DNA from: Eledone cirrhosa
Lineage: Eukaryota
Reading direction: 5' to 3'
Length of the DNA stretch: 64,000 nucleotides
Assembly: GCA_964016885.1 (NCBI GenBank)
Contig: OZ024741.1
Span: 343,418,001 to 343,482,000, forward strand
In this document: one piece after another, positions 12,901 to 25,368 of the stretch
Layout: the number at the start of each line of letters is the position of its first letter
How positions within the stretch are numbered: position 1 is the first letter of the stretch
Notes under the pieces: generated by a model
Databases searched by the model: none
Told to the model about the DNA's origin: nothing
What the model saw: only the letters and a program-made list of their open reading frames with translations
Translations under genes and position numbers: made by a program

Positions 12901-13341
12901 GGCAGGGATCCCTCAAAAAAGATTTGCCCTAGATGCGTGCGTCACGAAGAAACCGTAGCGCACGCATTGGTGCAATGTCCGGGCGTGGCTGATCTGTGGG
13001 GCTACGCCGAACAACTGCTGTCGCGGGTGGCGCCGATTAAATTGACCGCCGAGTCCGTGATGACAATCAAACCGCCTCCCCTCTTCACAAAGGAAGCAAA
13101 GGCGGTTTTTCTGTGCGTAATAGCCATGTTGAAAGAGGTTGTTTGGTGGACACGATTGAAAGGTCTGAGGTCAGGCAACTTCCTCACTGGCCATAGTCTG
13201 GTCTACTTCTTCCGATATCACTTCGGAAGAAGGATAAGAATGGAGAGAGAGGTGCTTGGCCACAGGCAGTTTTATGAAAGGTGGGTGATAGTGGCGAGAA
13301 TGGCTCGTGTAAATGGGCCTTCTCTGTATACCATCCTGTAG
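9904..13341 (+). CDS. Tx1 B ORF2, intact 1145 aa APE-RT-CCHC polyprotein
   Basis: LNARG, CET, GDWN, YLDR, TDH (APE); RT motifs including YADD; C-terminal CPRC...HALVQC. Confidence 0.95.
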   Translation: MDVLRVGCLNARGLGSTWKQAKLLNDLRSCSINVMVICETRISVMRQLAPTFDDFEVHASLCQPGGGGGVVVLLQKHLGLAVQVVHSDPEGRLLVLDVGSSESAALRLVAVYSPFGAERPDFFQRLETFLGTSRSLLLAGDWNDILDARWDYAGACPNRGGCNSLKGLLDRFNLVDRYRLDFPTVPTWTWRNHSGQSRSYLDRFLVRSKDRDILSCPEMRTVGYTDHKLVTCVVNLEKTHRQGPGYWKLNLSLPAKETYRNRISRLVKERLTGAIVNNRWWASLKREIRTESISYSKMLAANRNRNEKELTGKLEEAIKSEDVARVLASRTALNQFFDAKHEGCVIRSKIRALGNEGAKAVGWARVTEVKSGNRSTIRSLQDEDGRVIREPKQMCEAFQKHFARLFGGGEGPGRGVDFGPYLDGLPRLSSKEAESCEGPISADEIGDALSQCSRRKSPGLDGIPYELYLAMPVFFSELLEAVYCNWQQNGRIPCSVAKGVVTLVRKDEKKGDSINNFRPITLLNTELKILAKVLAKRLALVVGGLVGDAQTCAIPSRSIHDNLHLMRYIIERVGNKPGFGGALINLDQSKAFDRVDHGYLDAVLAAAGFGPVFRGWITALHSNHICSRIKVNGYLSKPFEITRSIRQGCPLSSLLYVLTLEPLLRKLELLQGIPLEPGLSKAVSAYADDVTVMVSTDSEIEAIGTLLEEYERLSGAKLNREKSIGLQLGTWRGKPMPPDGVVGHWTEGPVKLLGVLFGPDLQVEKNWNEVTNKVFALTQKWAKCKLSLKGRAEVANIYIASVTYYRLTVVPCPKETLTTMERMLFQFLWKKRPPMVRRSICCQQPSKGGLGMPWLMMRRHALRLRHLQVFLTGQPVWAPFVKRAFPRLVSLTELQSWVKQRSGKLGDWHTECAQALRALWQAGRTIGGESTSSFYRGLVASRGDDTLGESLDMEEDELASLFGRTFGPGPMDNFQKSLAWQCYRGALPVRERLYRHGRPGRDPSKKICPRCVRHEETVAHALVQCPGVADLWGYAEQLLSRVAPIKLTAESVMTIKPPPLFTKEAKAVFLCVIAMLKEVVWWTRLKGLRSGNFLTGHSLVYFFRYHFGRRIRMEREVLGHRQFYERWVIVARMARVNGPSLYTIL

Positions 13342-13555
13342 GTAAAGAAGTAAAGGAGAGGGGAGCACCTTCTCCATGTGCTCCCCGGGCAAAGGATTGC
13401 ACACTTTTTCGGGGGTGTGTGCAACCCCCATCACGTCCCCTCCCTTTTGAGGTTATTTTCGATTATTTTCATGTTACACCCTTTTTACTCGATTATATGT
13501 AAACTCCCCCTTTGTATTTGTCCCTTCTTTTTATGCCTTTATGGTAAATAAAGAA

Positions 13556-13598
<43 letters not shown>

Positions 13599-14153
13599 CA
13601 TCTATCTATCTATCTATCTATCTTTCCATATATATATATGTATAATCCATGCGTGAAAATGGTTTGTATGGTTGTATGGAGGTATGTGAGATTTTACAGA
13701 TCTACAGAACAAAAATAGACTAGTTCGGATGAGTGATGCTTTGTAGCATAACGTTTTATAGCATCAATTCCGCATTTAATTGCAGTAATATATCTTTCAG
13801 ATATCAGCAGTTCGTTTAAATATTTCTAACTAGTTGGTGTATCGTTTTGAGCTTGAGGATAATATATATATCAAGCTTAACAAATTCTAATCATTAATTA
13901 CATATTACCCGATCCCCCAAAATGACGTGCCTGTCATGATATAAGGATACCCATTCAATGTAGCTTATGAATTTTGTCTTAAACATTGATACTAACCAAC
14001 AGTACCACTTTCTATCGAGGTAAAATTTATTGAGGGCAAAGCATTTTCTATTCGGCTGTGCAAATGTTATCTGTATTGATTTACCGTTTGTTTTTGAATA
14101 GCACGGGAGACTATTGCGTATACCTAACTATCAAACCATTAGCCTACTTTACA

Positions 14154-15130
<977 letters not shown>

Positions 15131-15555
15131 CGTACGTACAGAAAAGAAGATAAAAAAACTCATATAATTCAGCGCTATGTAATAAAATAAAATATTTTAT
15201 TTATTCCAATGTAAATTTCGTTTCGTTTCGTTTCGTTGTCTTCTATTAATATATTTTTCGCCTTTTTGTCGATTTTTCTAAATGTGGTTAACTGAATGCA
15301 ACCATTAAATTTTAGTTATTCCTATTATTCATTTCTGCTTATGACGCACATGTTCGTTGCGTACTTGTTGCTGTTGGTGATGTAGAAGATACTACAGTTG
15401 TTTGAGCAAGAGACAAATTTGATTACACTTACTGTAGCATTCTAAAAACAATAGCACTACCAAATATTATAGAGGTTGTAACAGAATTTTCTCAGTCATG
15501 TTGACATTATTCAGAGGAGGTTAACTACATATACCTACATATATATGTGTGAAAG

Positions 15556-15612
<57 letters not shown>

Positions 15613-15640
15613 GATGGGTATGTATATATGAATATCTGTA

Positions 15641-15673
<33 letters not shown>

Positions 15674-15733
15674 GTATATATATAGAGAGAGAGATAGATA
15701 GATAGGTAGATAGATGGATAGATACAAACTTAA

Positions 15734-15806
<73 letters not shown>

Positions 15807-16651
15807 TATATGTATGTATGTATGTATGTTGGTCTTACTCTTCATGATATATTTTATGGAAGCGGTTATATTATATGATATTTGATGGCAAAAACCGGTT
15901 ATTGCACACGTCTTAAATATCTCCCAGTGTTTAATCACACCTCCGTACGTTCAACCTTCAAGATTTCTTTGTCTATGACCCTTTAGGGACCGATAAAACA
16001 AGTACCTGTCAAGTACTTAGAACGATATAATCGACTATACTCTCTCCCAAATTGGGACCTCGTGACAATTTGAACCCCCCCCCCCCTACAACAGTGACTA
16101 CTGCTACTGATATTACTATTCAATCCCAGTGAAACTTATTATAAGGAATGTCTCTACTTCCAGCATCCACATTCGGGCTAATTCTCTACCTCCTCATCTT
16201 TATATTTGGATGACTTCTTCATTTCCTTGATGGATATATTGTCGTCTGTGGGGATAGAGTGATAAACGTGTTTTTCTTTGTGGTCTTTGATTTTAATCCG
16301 ATCGGTTTATTTTGATATACCTTAGACAGTGTCAGTTGAACACTGGACTAGATGCTTTGCGGTGTATTTTCTTTTTACGCTTTGAGTTCATATAAGGTAG
16401 ACTTGCTACTTCTCCGAATCGAGAGATCACAGATCGAATACTAGGGTCATGTCGTCAGAATGTCTAAAGAAATAATCGCTAGATCGATTTTATTGGCAAA
16501 GACACTCGGCAGGGAACCCGGGGCTAAACCATGTGCTGGATTGGTCTCGCTTGGGGATCTCGCTTGACGATCAATTAAAGACAATTGCTCCTGATAGGAC
16601 CATCGGCAAGGCGTGTCTGAGGATTCTTCACCCAAGAACCGCCCATAAATT

Positions 16652-17003
16652 AGAAGAAAAAGAAGAAAAAGAAAAAGAAAAAGAAAAAAGAAAAAAGAAA
16701 AAAGAAAAAAGAAAAAAGAAAAAAGAAAAAAAGAAAAAAGAGAAAAGAAAAAAGAAAAAAGAAAAAAGAAAAAAGAAAAAAGAAAAAAGAAAAAAGAAAA
16801 AAGAAAAAAGAAAAAAGAAAAAAGAAAAAAGAAAAAAGAAAAAAGAAAAAAGAAAAAAGAAAAAAGAAAAAAGAAAAAAGAAAACAGAAAAAAGAAAAAA
16901 GAAAAAAGAAAAAAGAAAAAAGAAAAAAGAAAAAAGAAAAAAGAAAGAGAAAAAGAGAAAGAGAAAGAGAAAGAGAAAGAGAAAGAGAAAAAAAAAAGAA
17001 AAA
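16652..17003 (+). repeat. Polypurine (GAAAAAA)n/(GAAAGA)n array
   Basis: About 350 bp of almost exclusively A/G, mostly a 7-nt unit. Confidence 0.9.
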
Positions 17004-17115
17004 GATTATATACAGTATTTTCCCATTGTATTATATATTTATTTCTTCGGTTGCCAACTTCTAGGTAGATCTTATCAATACACCACTGTCACATAACCTA
17101 TGGTCTTGTGCCTAT

Positions 17116-17840
17116 GGTAGGCATGGCGGAAACGTTAGAACGTCCGACGAAATCCTTTGCGGTATTTGTTCCTGTTATTTACGTTCTGAGTTCAAATTCA
17201 ACCAAGGTTAATTTCGCCTTTAAACCTTCTGAGGTTGTTAAAATAAAGTACCAGTTAAGTACTGAGGTCTCTATAATCGGTCTTTCTCTTTCCCCAAAGT
17301 TCTAGTCCTGTGCCAAAAGTAGAAAGAATATTGCAATGAAAAGTAAGGGCAGTAGACTGGTAATGTCCTAAGAGTGTCGGACAAAACGCTTTGAAGCATG
17401 TACTTACGTCCTCAGTTCAAAGTGCGCGGATGTCAACTATACCATCCAGATGTTCAGGGTCGATAAATTAAAGTAGTAGTCAAGTACTGGGGTCAACATA
17501 ATCGACTTTTCCTTCACCCAGGAATTGTTGACTTTATGCCAAAAGTAGAAATTACTAATGTAATTGCTTTAATCATTCTGGGTTCGATAAAATAATGTAA
17601 CAGCCAAGTACTAAGTAGATGTAATCGACTTTTCACTCAACCAAATTTGCGCTTGTCTCATGCCTATATTATAAACAGGCCGTCTACATATTGAGTTCAA
17701 ATCCCACTGAGGTTAGCTTTGGCTTTCATCCTTACAGGGTCGATAAAATAAAGTACCCCTTATGTGATGGGGTCGATTTGATCGACTTTCCACTTCCCAA
17801 AAATTATTGATCTTGTGTCTAAATCAGAAACCATTATAAT
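17116..17840 (+). mobile_element. Cluster of about four tandem, diverged copies of the tRNA-derived SINE
   Basis: Repeated GTTCAAAT / GGTCGATAAAATAAAGTAC / GTCGAT..ATCGACT / GTAGAAA motifs at ~17116-17332, 17347-17560, 17570-17675 and 17690-17840. Confidence 0.75.
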
Positions 17841-18469
17841 GGATACAGGACACTGAACTGGGTTTCTAAGTTGGTTTGAGTTCCTTGTAGAACCAATGTT
17901 GTTTTAATTTAATTTTATAATTAATCAAGCTAAAATATAAAATATGATTATCAAAATCTTTTTTCCCTAACGTAAAATATTGTTTCGCCTGGTTAAAGAA
18001 ACCATCACCATATTCTTTGATGCTGTTTAGCACCATGTCAATTCATATCTTGTTTCTTTGTTGACCAATTGATGTTATCTTCTTTCTTAATGTTTAAAAA
18101 TGTTGGTGAGAATTGCTATTCACGTTTCAAGATTAGAAATAACAGTAAAATTGTTTTAAAGTGTTATGTGCTAATTACCATTGATTCAGTTATTTTCCAG
18201 ACATGTATTAAATAAATTCTTTAAGAAAATAGCAATTTTATTGAATTTATGGCCACATAACAAGTAATGTATGCTGGAACATTATATTAATTTATTGTGT
18301 TTCACTCTTTTTGTTCAAACCAGTGAAGTAAATATACACCAGTAGAACGTAAAATACTTTCTTGAAGATATTGAGACAATTAATATTGGATTTAATGTTT
18401 TTTCTTTAATATTAATATTTTCGCCATTAAATTTCAACCTGTATATTCGCCAGTCTTCTTCAGTAGCCC

Positions 18470-18790
<321 letters not shown>

Positions 18791-18879
18791 TGATATCAAC
18801 TAATAACTAACTGGCACACCTTTCAAATTACAGGTATAACGCATTTTTGGCAACCGTGTAGAGCAACCGTGTAGAGCAA

Positions 18880-18976
18880 CGTGTCTTGCTTGATCAAGCA
18901 CACAACGTGCCGTTGGGAATCGGACTCACGATCATACGATTGTGAGCCGAATACCCTAACCACAAACCCACGCGCC
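18880..18976 (-). mobile_element. tRNA-headed CORE-like SINE 5' fragment
   Basis: Minus strand GGCGCGTGGGTTTGTGGTTAGG (A box) ... GAGTCCGATTCCC (B box) ... TGTGTGCTTGATCAAGCAAGACAC (CORE-like). Confidence 0.55.
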
Positions 18977-18999
18977 ATCATTATATGTATATATATATA

Positions 19000-20432
19000 C
19001 TAGCAGTGGAACCCGGCGTTGCACGGGATAAGGTATTTTGGAACGCGGGCCGCCAACAGACTTGATCGTGGAAAAACTGCATGCCTGGACAATATGTAAA
19101 GAAAATAAACCGAATAGTCTGATCGCTGGATAATCTTTAAGATTTTCCTCGATGAAGTAGGAAAAATGCAGGTTTTCACCTAATGTGGGCCCTGGGGGAT
19201 CAAGAAAATGAATTTTTTTTATGTGCATAATATGCCTTGAAACTTCGGGAAATCGGCTAGACGTAACGCCTCCTAAAAGCCCTAAAAGGCTGACAAAATG
19301 AAGTTTTTCATCTAATGAGGGCCCTGTGCCATAATAAAGTTGGATTTTCTTTGTTCACTAGTTCATCGTTCCTTTGTCAGTGTTGAACAAAAGGGCAACG
19401 ATGGTTGCCGAACACTGTACGACTTAATTCGGGCTGTTTGTTTACAAACAAACCGAACATTATAATAAATGTTCGGTAAACCCATACGTACATATGTATA
19501 TATGTGTGCATGTATGTATATATATACATACTACTGTACGTCTGTATACATATATGTACGTACGTATACATACTTATATTTAAGTATCAGCCGTACTAAG
19601 AGTGAGAAATGAAATTTCATTTTTTCAATTTATATATATATATCACAGAAAAAAGAGAATCAGTGTTGAGACGAAAGGACATATTACAATTGCTTCTCGG
19701 TAAGATTCTCCTCGATGAAGCAGGAAAAATGCAGGTTTTCACCTAATGCGGGCCCTAGGGGATCAAGAAAATGAATTTTTTTATGTGCAAAATATGCCTT
19801 GAAATTTCGGGAAAATCGGCTAGACGTAACGCCTCCAAAAAGCCCTAAAAGGCTGAAAAAATGAAGTTTTTCACCTAATGCGGGCCTTAGGCCATAAGAA
19901 AGTTGATTTCCTTTGCTCACGGTATGAAGAAGTGACTAACTAATACATGGTTACAATTTCAAGGAAATCGGTCTGACGTAACGCCTCCAAAACATCCTAA
20001 AAATCTTTAAAAACGCAGATTTTCACCTAATGATATAAAAAAAGTTGAACGTAAAGTTTGAAAAAAATCGGTTGGGTACTTCTCGAGTTTTAGGGATTCA
20101 AACTCACACACACACACACACACACATCCTCAGGGAAGTGACGTAATGCAGACAGTCAGACATACATACAGATATTATAAGGGTGCGACGTTATATGTAT
20201 GTATCTATCTAAAAAGAGAAAGACTAAGAATTATAGAGCGAGATCGCTAAATCACCTAATGCGGTCCCTAGAGCATTGAAAATTTGAATTTTCTTTTGCT
20301 CAGAACACTCCATGAAACATAAGTATTACATGTGTAAAGTTTGTAAACAGTCGCTTGGGTGGTTCTCGAGTTTTAGGGATTCGAACTCACACACACATAC
20401 AGACAGACATCCTCAGTTTTATATATATATAT
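19000..20432 (-). mobile_element. Non-autonomous Helitron-like element
   Basis: Minus-strand 3' end has hairpin CCCGTGCAACGCCGGG (19012-19027), then CTAG|T. The other end is (ACAG)n-TCCTCAGTTTTATATATA. Internal duplications include 19140-19360 vs 19703-19920. Confidence 0.7.
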
Positions 20433-21389
20433 AACCAGATAGAAAAATGCGTACAGCAAAAAAAAGTAATATTGTTGGAATATAAACCTTTAAAAATACA
20501 GGACAAGAAACTAAGATAAAACTTTAAAGAATTGGACGAGAAATAAAAAAATTTACAATAATATTAGTGGCAAAATTTTTATTGGTAAAAAATCGAGTTC
20601 CACATTCATAGGCTCTGTGTTCCACATTCAGAGGTGGTCGTCAGACCGGGGATCATTTGATCCTGGTTTGAACACCAATTGTGCCATAACCATACCCCTA
20701 TTTCATCATTCGGCGACACGCCTCATGTGTCATGCATAATGTGAATGGACCCATGGGCCCATAAGCACAGATCTTGAGCAGCAGCGGACGGTCTTGTCGT
20801 CCCGCTCATCCTTGATCTTGACCAACCCGTCCATCTTCTCCTTGCATCTTGTCCTTGAGTTCAAGTCCGGCAGTCCAGATAAATGCGTGCCACAGCTTTC
20901 TGGTACAGGAAGGGGGAGCAGGAGGACTGGAGGGATGACGGGACAGAGGGAGGGAGGACCGGTGGTTGAGGGAGGTGCCGAAGTCGGTGGTCAGAGTCGA
21001 CATCTTGTCCCGGTCGTCTTCTCCATCTTCGTCTGGTGTTGCGGGACCAGAAGTGCATTCTTGGAGGAGACCTGCAGCTGCATCGGCCAATTCTTCTTGC
21101 ACTGGTCATTCTGACGGAGCAGAACTGCTCAGCCAACCAACCACAACAAGAACCAACCACTCAGGGACAACGCACAATGAGAGCATGACAATTATTATGC
21201 ACTAATCAAGAAGATACTGGGGCACAGGAAACGAATAAAAAAATGTTGCCACTAATATTATTGTAAAATTTGTTTATTTCTTGTCCAATTCTTTAAAGTT
21301 TTATTTTAGTTTCTTGTCCTGTATTTTTAAAGGTTTATATTCCAACAATATTACTTTTTTTTGCTGTACGCATTTTTCTATCTGGTCTA
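20432..21389. mobile_element. Non-autonomous element with ~150-bp terminal inverted repeats and a GC-rich interior
   Basis: 20434-20583 is the near-perfect reverse complement of 21234-21386. Confidence 0.7.
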
Positions 21390-22879
21390 CTATTTTTTAA
21401 GGCAATGCAAGCAACAACTATCTAATAATTAAATGATCATAGGGAATTACTGACAAGTGATTGACATTTTAAAGTTCTTTTGAGTATAATTGCAACTGGC
21501 TTAATGACAAAGCTAGTAAATCATGAATGCATTTGAGATGATTAGTGCATAATAGTGAATTGGTGAAACTTGTGCATTTCAATGGTGTTACGGATAAAAA
21601 CTGATACTGCTGTCTACGACCTTTAAATAGGATTGTCATGTTTCTCTGTATTTGCAATGTGGGTATACAAAATAAGAATTATGATATTAACTTTTATTTA
21701 AAATCCCCCAAAATGCTGTGCATGAAAACTTCAAAAAGTAATTCTATTTCTATTGATGACCTCTTAGTTGCTCATACTAATTTTGTAAAAGATTTGAAGC
21801 CAATAATCAGAATGATCTGGTATAAATTTTATGCAGATAAATGACTAATTAGTATAAAGTGCCATCCAGATATCATGTGGACACCGCGAACCAAAAATGG
21901 TGACATGATATCTGGATGGCTCCTAAGCATCCCCTCCACATGGCGGGGACATGGGTCATCATCGTGGAGCACTCACCTATTTTTAAAATATTAGACTATG
22001 ATAAATGAATTTAGTTAAAAATACAATTTGAAATATATTAGATTACCTCCCCTTGTAATTACCTCGTAATTACCTCCCCTAGCGTCACGCTTACTACTCA
22101 CTCACTTGAACACAAGATTTATCAGCAAACTTTGATTATACTCTTTTTCCCGCTGGACCAAATTTCTAGATTTTTAAGCCAAAAGATGCGTAATGATCTA
22201 CTGTTCATGCTCATATAAGTTTTATCTCAGTTAAATAAAGTAGAGCCGTGCTGTACTGTCGTAAACAGACGATTGCCAACGAAAACACGACCACAACAAT
22301 ATTACTAAACGGACTACCGTCCGTTTGGGATAACATATTATATAAAAATCGGTAGGAGTGGGGAGAAATTCGCAGATAGATTTGTTTGATTAAATAATCT
22401 AACACGTGTTTTATTGCCGATTGCATAATTATCTACGAGAGCTACATAGAAATATTGTTTCTATTCACTCACACTCATTATGTTTGTAATCGGCAATTCG
22501 TCAGAGATTAATGAAATAATAAACAATTTGTAGGTGTATTTGTGGGGAAAGGGAAGGTGTTGGAAGTGAAGTATTCACTAGCCAATGGGCTTCAAGTGTT
22601 CCTGGTACTGCCGGAGTAAGAAATGTCATTAGCTGAAAGGAATTTATTCTATAGTTCACAGAGCACCATTTGAGGAAATGGGAGTGTCTGTTGTCATGAA
22701 AAGAAGGTGAACGTAAAATCTATTTGGAGTTAGTTGTTTATTTTATGGGTCGGGATAATGAAATTGATGAGAAGTGAACATTAGAGATAAAAAAAGATAT
22801 TGAAATACTCATACAAATTTTCATAGGAAAATAGAAGTGGGGTTGTAGGATCAAATCATAGGTTGGCTTGGACGATATC

Positions 22880-23290
22880 TAAAGAAAGGTTTTAGGTATT
22901 TATGTTTACAATTAAATATTTTATTTTGTCTAGAGTTCAATACAATTTTCCCGGTCATAATTTCCAACTCTTCGTCGTACAAAGCTCACAATCTTTTATT
23001 TCACACCGATTGGTGTGCGTAGAATCGACCATGGCAGCTTGTACTCTACTTTTTCCTTCTTTAAGTCCCATATTTCTTTAGCCAACGCAGTAGATTTGCG
23101 AAGCTCAGGAGTTTTGGAAGAGTGCGTGTGTTCACATACCTTCTCTTCGTTAAAAGTTAGATGTGGCACCCACATATTTGTATGTCCCTAGGCTTGTTGT
23201 AATTTTGCACTGCTACACGATGTTGTTATTCATGCACCTACCCGATATTGGGTTGTCTGCATTTACATTGTATCAGCATGCTACACTCTG
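22880..23290 (-). pseudogene. Degenerate Penelope GIY-YIG relic
   Basis: Frameshifted pieces CMNNNIV*QCKITTSLGTYKYVGATSN, STALAKEIWDLKKEKVEYKLPWSIL, CELCT and LNSR..IFNCKHK. Confidence 0.65.
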
Positions 23291-24372
23291 CCAAACCAAT
23301 AATATTGAAAATGACAGTTTGAATAACAAACGTACATAGCTTTCACAGCCCGCTGGCACATCCACCATTAACCTAAATATCAGGCCGAAAAAAGATTTTA
23401 ACTGATCTGCATTGGTACAAATTAATCAATTTTCTCTTCTCCATAAATTGCTGACTTTCAGCCTAAATTAGAAATCATTATTAAAGTGTGTTTTGTACTT
23501 TGTATCTATGTAAACTCAATGTCATTGGGCTGTTGTTACCATGAAGAGTAACATTTAGGATGCAAATAAATCCTGGAAACCAAATCTTTGGCGTTTAGGT
23601 ACGTATTTGACTATTTCAAGCCCTGGAGTATTCTATATATTTTGCTGGTACAAAGTGAATACTTCTTTGATTCGTTCTTGAATGATCTAAACCTTTCTAG
23701 AATTCTCCTTTTTTACATGGGGAATACCTTGGTCCTTCAATACTCAGACTTATCTCACACTTACAACTCCGTTAGGAGATACGAGCCGTACTATTTCTAG
23801 CGAAAAAGTAACAAATAAATTAAGAAAATTCTCATATAAAGTTAATACCTTCCCCGAAGGAATACGTAAATTAAAAAAAGATTTCAAAATTCATGATTCA
23901 ACCATGGTTGTTTAATAAACAAACCATGCAACGAGACATTAAAGAAAAACTGGATATAAACGCCATTTCTCTACGTGATCATATATATAAAGTAAAATGA
24001 CAGGAGGCCAAATAGGTTGAATTTCCTTATTTATTTCTACAAACACTATGTACATTTCAGTGACTTGGCTTAGCTTAACTAACATCATGTTATTTATTTA
24101 TAAAGTCTCTGATTTACACAATTCTGTAATTAGAATCATTAACGTAACTGGTCTTTCTAATTGGTCATTGCCTAGCACACGGTACTCACCGGCCAACTGT
24201 ACGGACTCTACTTATTTAATTAAATTTTAAACGTTTTTAAACATTCAATTCCTAAAATTAACTCTAACTTTAACTTCTAACAATTTTAACCTGTAATTTC
24301 TTTTAAGCTCAGAATTTTCTCTATTTGATATGTTCCTAAATTCTGTTGTATACTTTCCGTGGGTGTATATAA

Positions 24373-24661
24373 CTGTTATAGGCAACCCGCAGCCTGCGAA
24401 GCTTTCTGAATGGTTCGACTAAGTCATCTAAGAGAAATATTTCTGATATTTTTACCCCAACTTTTCAGTCATCATTTATCTTTCTATCATTTTTACGATC
24501 GAGTAAAACAACGTGTACAAATTCTAAGGAAACAAATTAAAATAACCTGAGTTACAGCCCTTTTTTAATGTGGGCACCAATATAAATTAGCGCTTACGGC
24601 CCGCCTGATGATGAGCCATATCTCGTACGGCCCGCTTCTCGAAAAAGGTTGCCCATGTCTG
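24373..24661. mobile_element. hAT (Charlie-like) MITE
   Basis: Imperfect TIRs CTGTTATAGGCAACC / GGTTGCCCATGTCTG, subterminal CGGCCCGC motifs, and 8-bp TSD GTATATAA / GTATAGAA. Confidence 0.7.
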
Positions 24662-25305
24662 GTATAGAACTTAGCTTGAGCCAAGCAGATTACCATTCTC
24701 TGTAACATGATATTCTTCACCCCTCCCCCTTTTCTGGTCTGCTGTCCGAAGGTTGTTAGAATTAAGAAATAGTAGTGATTCTCCCAATAGGCAATACATC
24801 CCCCCTACCCACTGTGCAAACTAACAGGGAGGATCTGTTGAAGATAATTCACTCAGAGCCGGCGGGGCATTATAAAAACATGATGCTTCGATAGTCTCAG
24901 GGTCAAAAACATGAACACACTGTTTTCTTTTCTGTTTTTTCTTTACTTTTTTTCCGTTAAAACTCTTGGAATGTGTTTATCATCATTCTGTTGGTATACA
25001 TCTATTACGCATTTTACACCTGAAGATGTCACCGGGTTCTTACGCAACCTGGCCACTGAAATGTGCATAGTATTTGCAGGAATAAATAATTAAGGACATT
25101 CAACATATTTGGCCTCCTGCCATTTTACTTTATAATATATTTGACTCGCATCACCAACATTATTCAACATCAAAGAAGGATGAAATGCATAACGTGGAGT
25201 GCTGTTCTCATATTACGTCATGATTAACATTGCAGACTGGCCAATTCTACCTAGTTGTAAACCACCAAACTTATATATATATATATAATATATATATATA
25301 TATTT

Positions 25306-25336
<31 letters not shown>

Positions 25337-25368
25337 GATATACATATATATACATACATATATATATA

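Larger units (their letters stand above)
7757..13556 (+). mobile_element. Full-length Tx1/L1-clade retrotransposon B inserted in (TATC)n
   Basis: 5'UTR, ORF1, ORF2 and 3'UTR with AATAAA at 13547; (TATC)n on both flanks and no poly(A) tail. Confidence 0.95.

Noticed and set aside
4455-13502. Recurrent antisense ORFs in Tx1 ORF2 (e.g. MFATSARPFRDS...)
   Set aside because: Shadows of the GC-rich sense ORF; conserved only because the sense frame is.
13730-13835. Minus-strand peptide LNELLISERYITAIKCGID resembling a RhoGEF DH helix
   Set aside because: Short, with an upstream stop and no convincing splice acceptor; cannot be supported as an exon.
16533-17096. 187-aa K/E/R-rich ORF
   Set aside because: Produced by the (GAAAAAA)n array; no domain.
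21860-21920. 18-bp inverted repeat GCCATCCAGATATCATGT
   Set aside because: Isolated hairpin with no TSD or family context; likely a small deletion relic.
23590-23790. Further Penelope C-terminal relic on minus (ILERFRSFKNESKKYSLCTS)
   Set aside because: Too degenerate to annotate confidently by eye.
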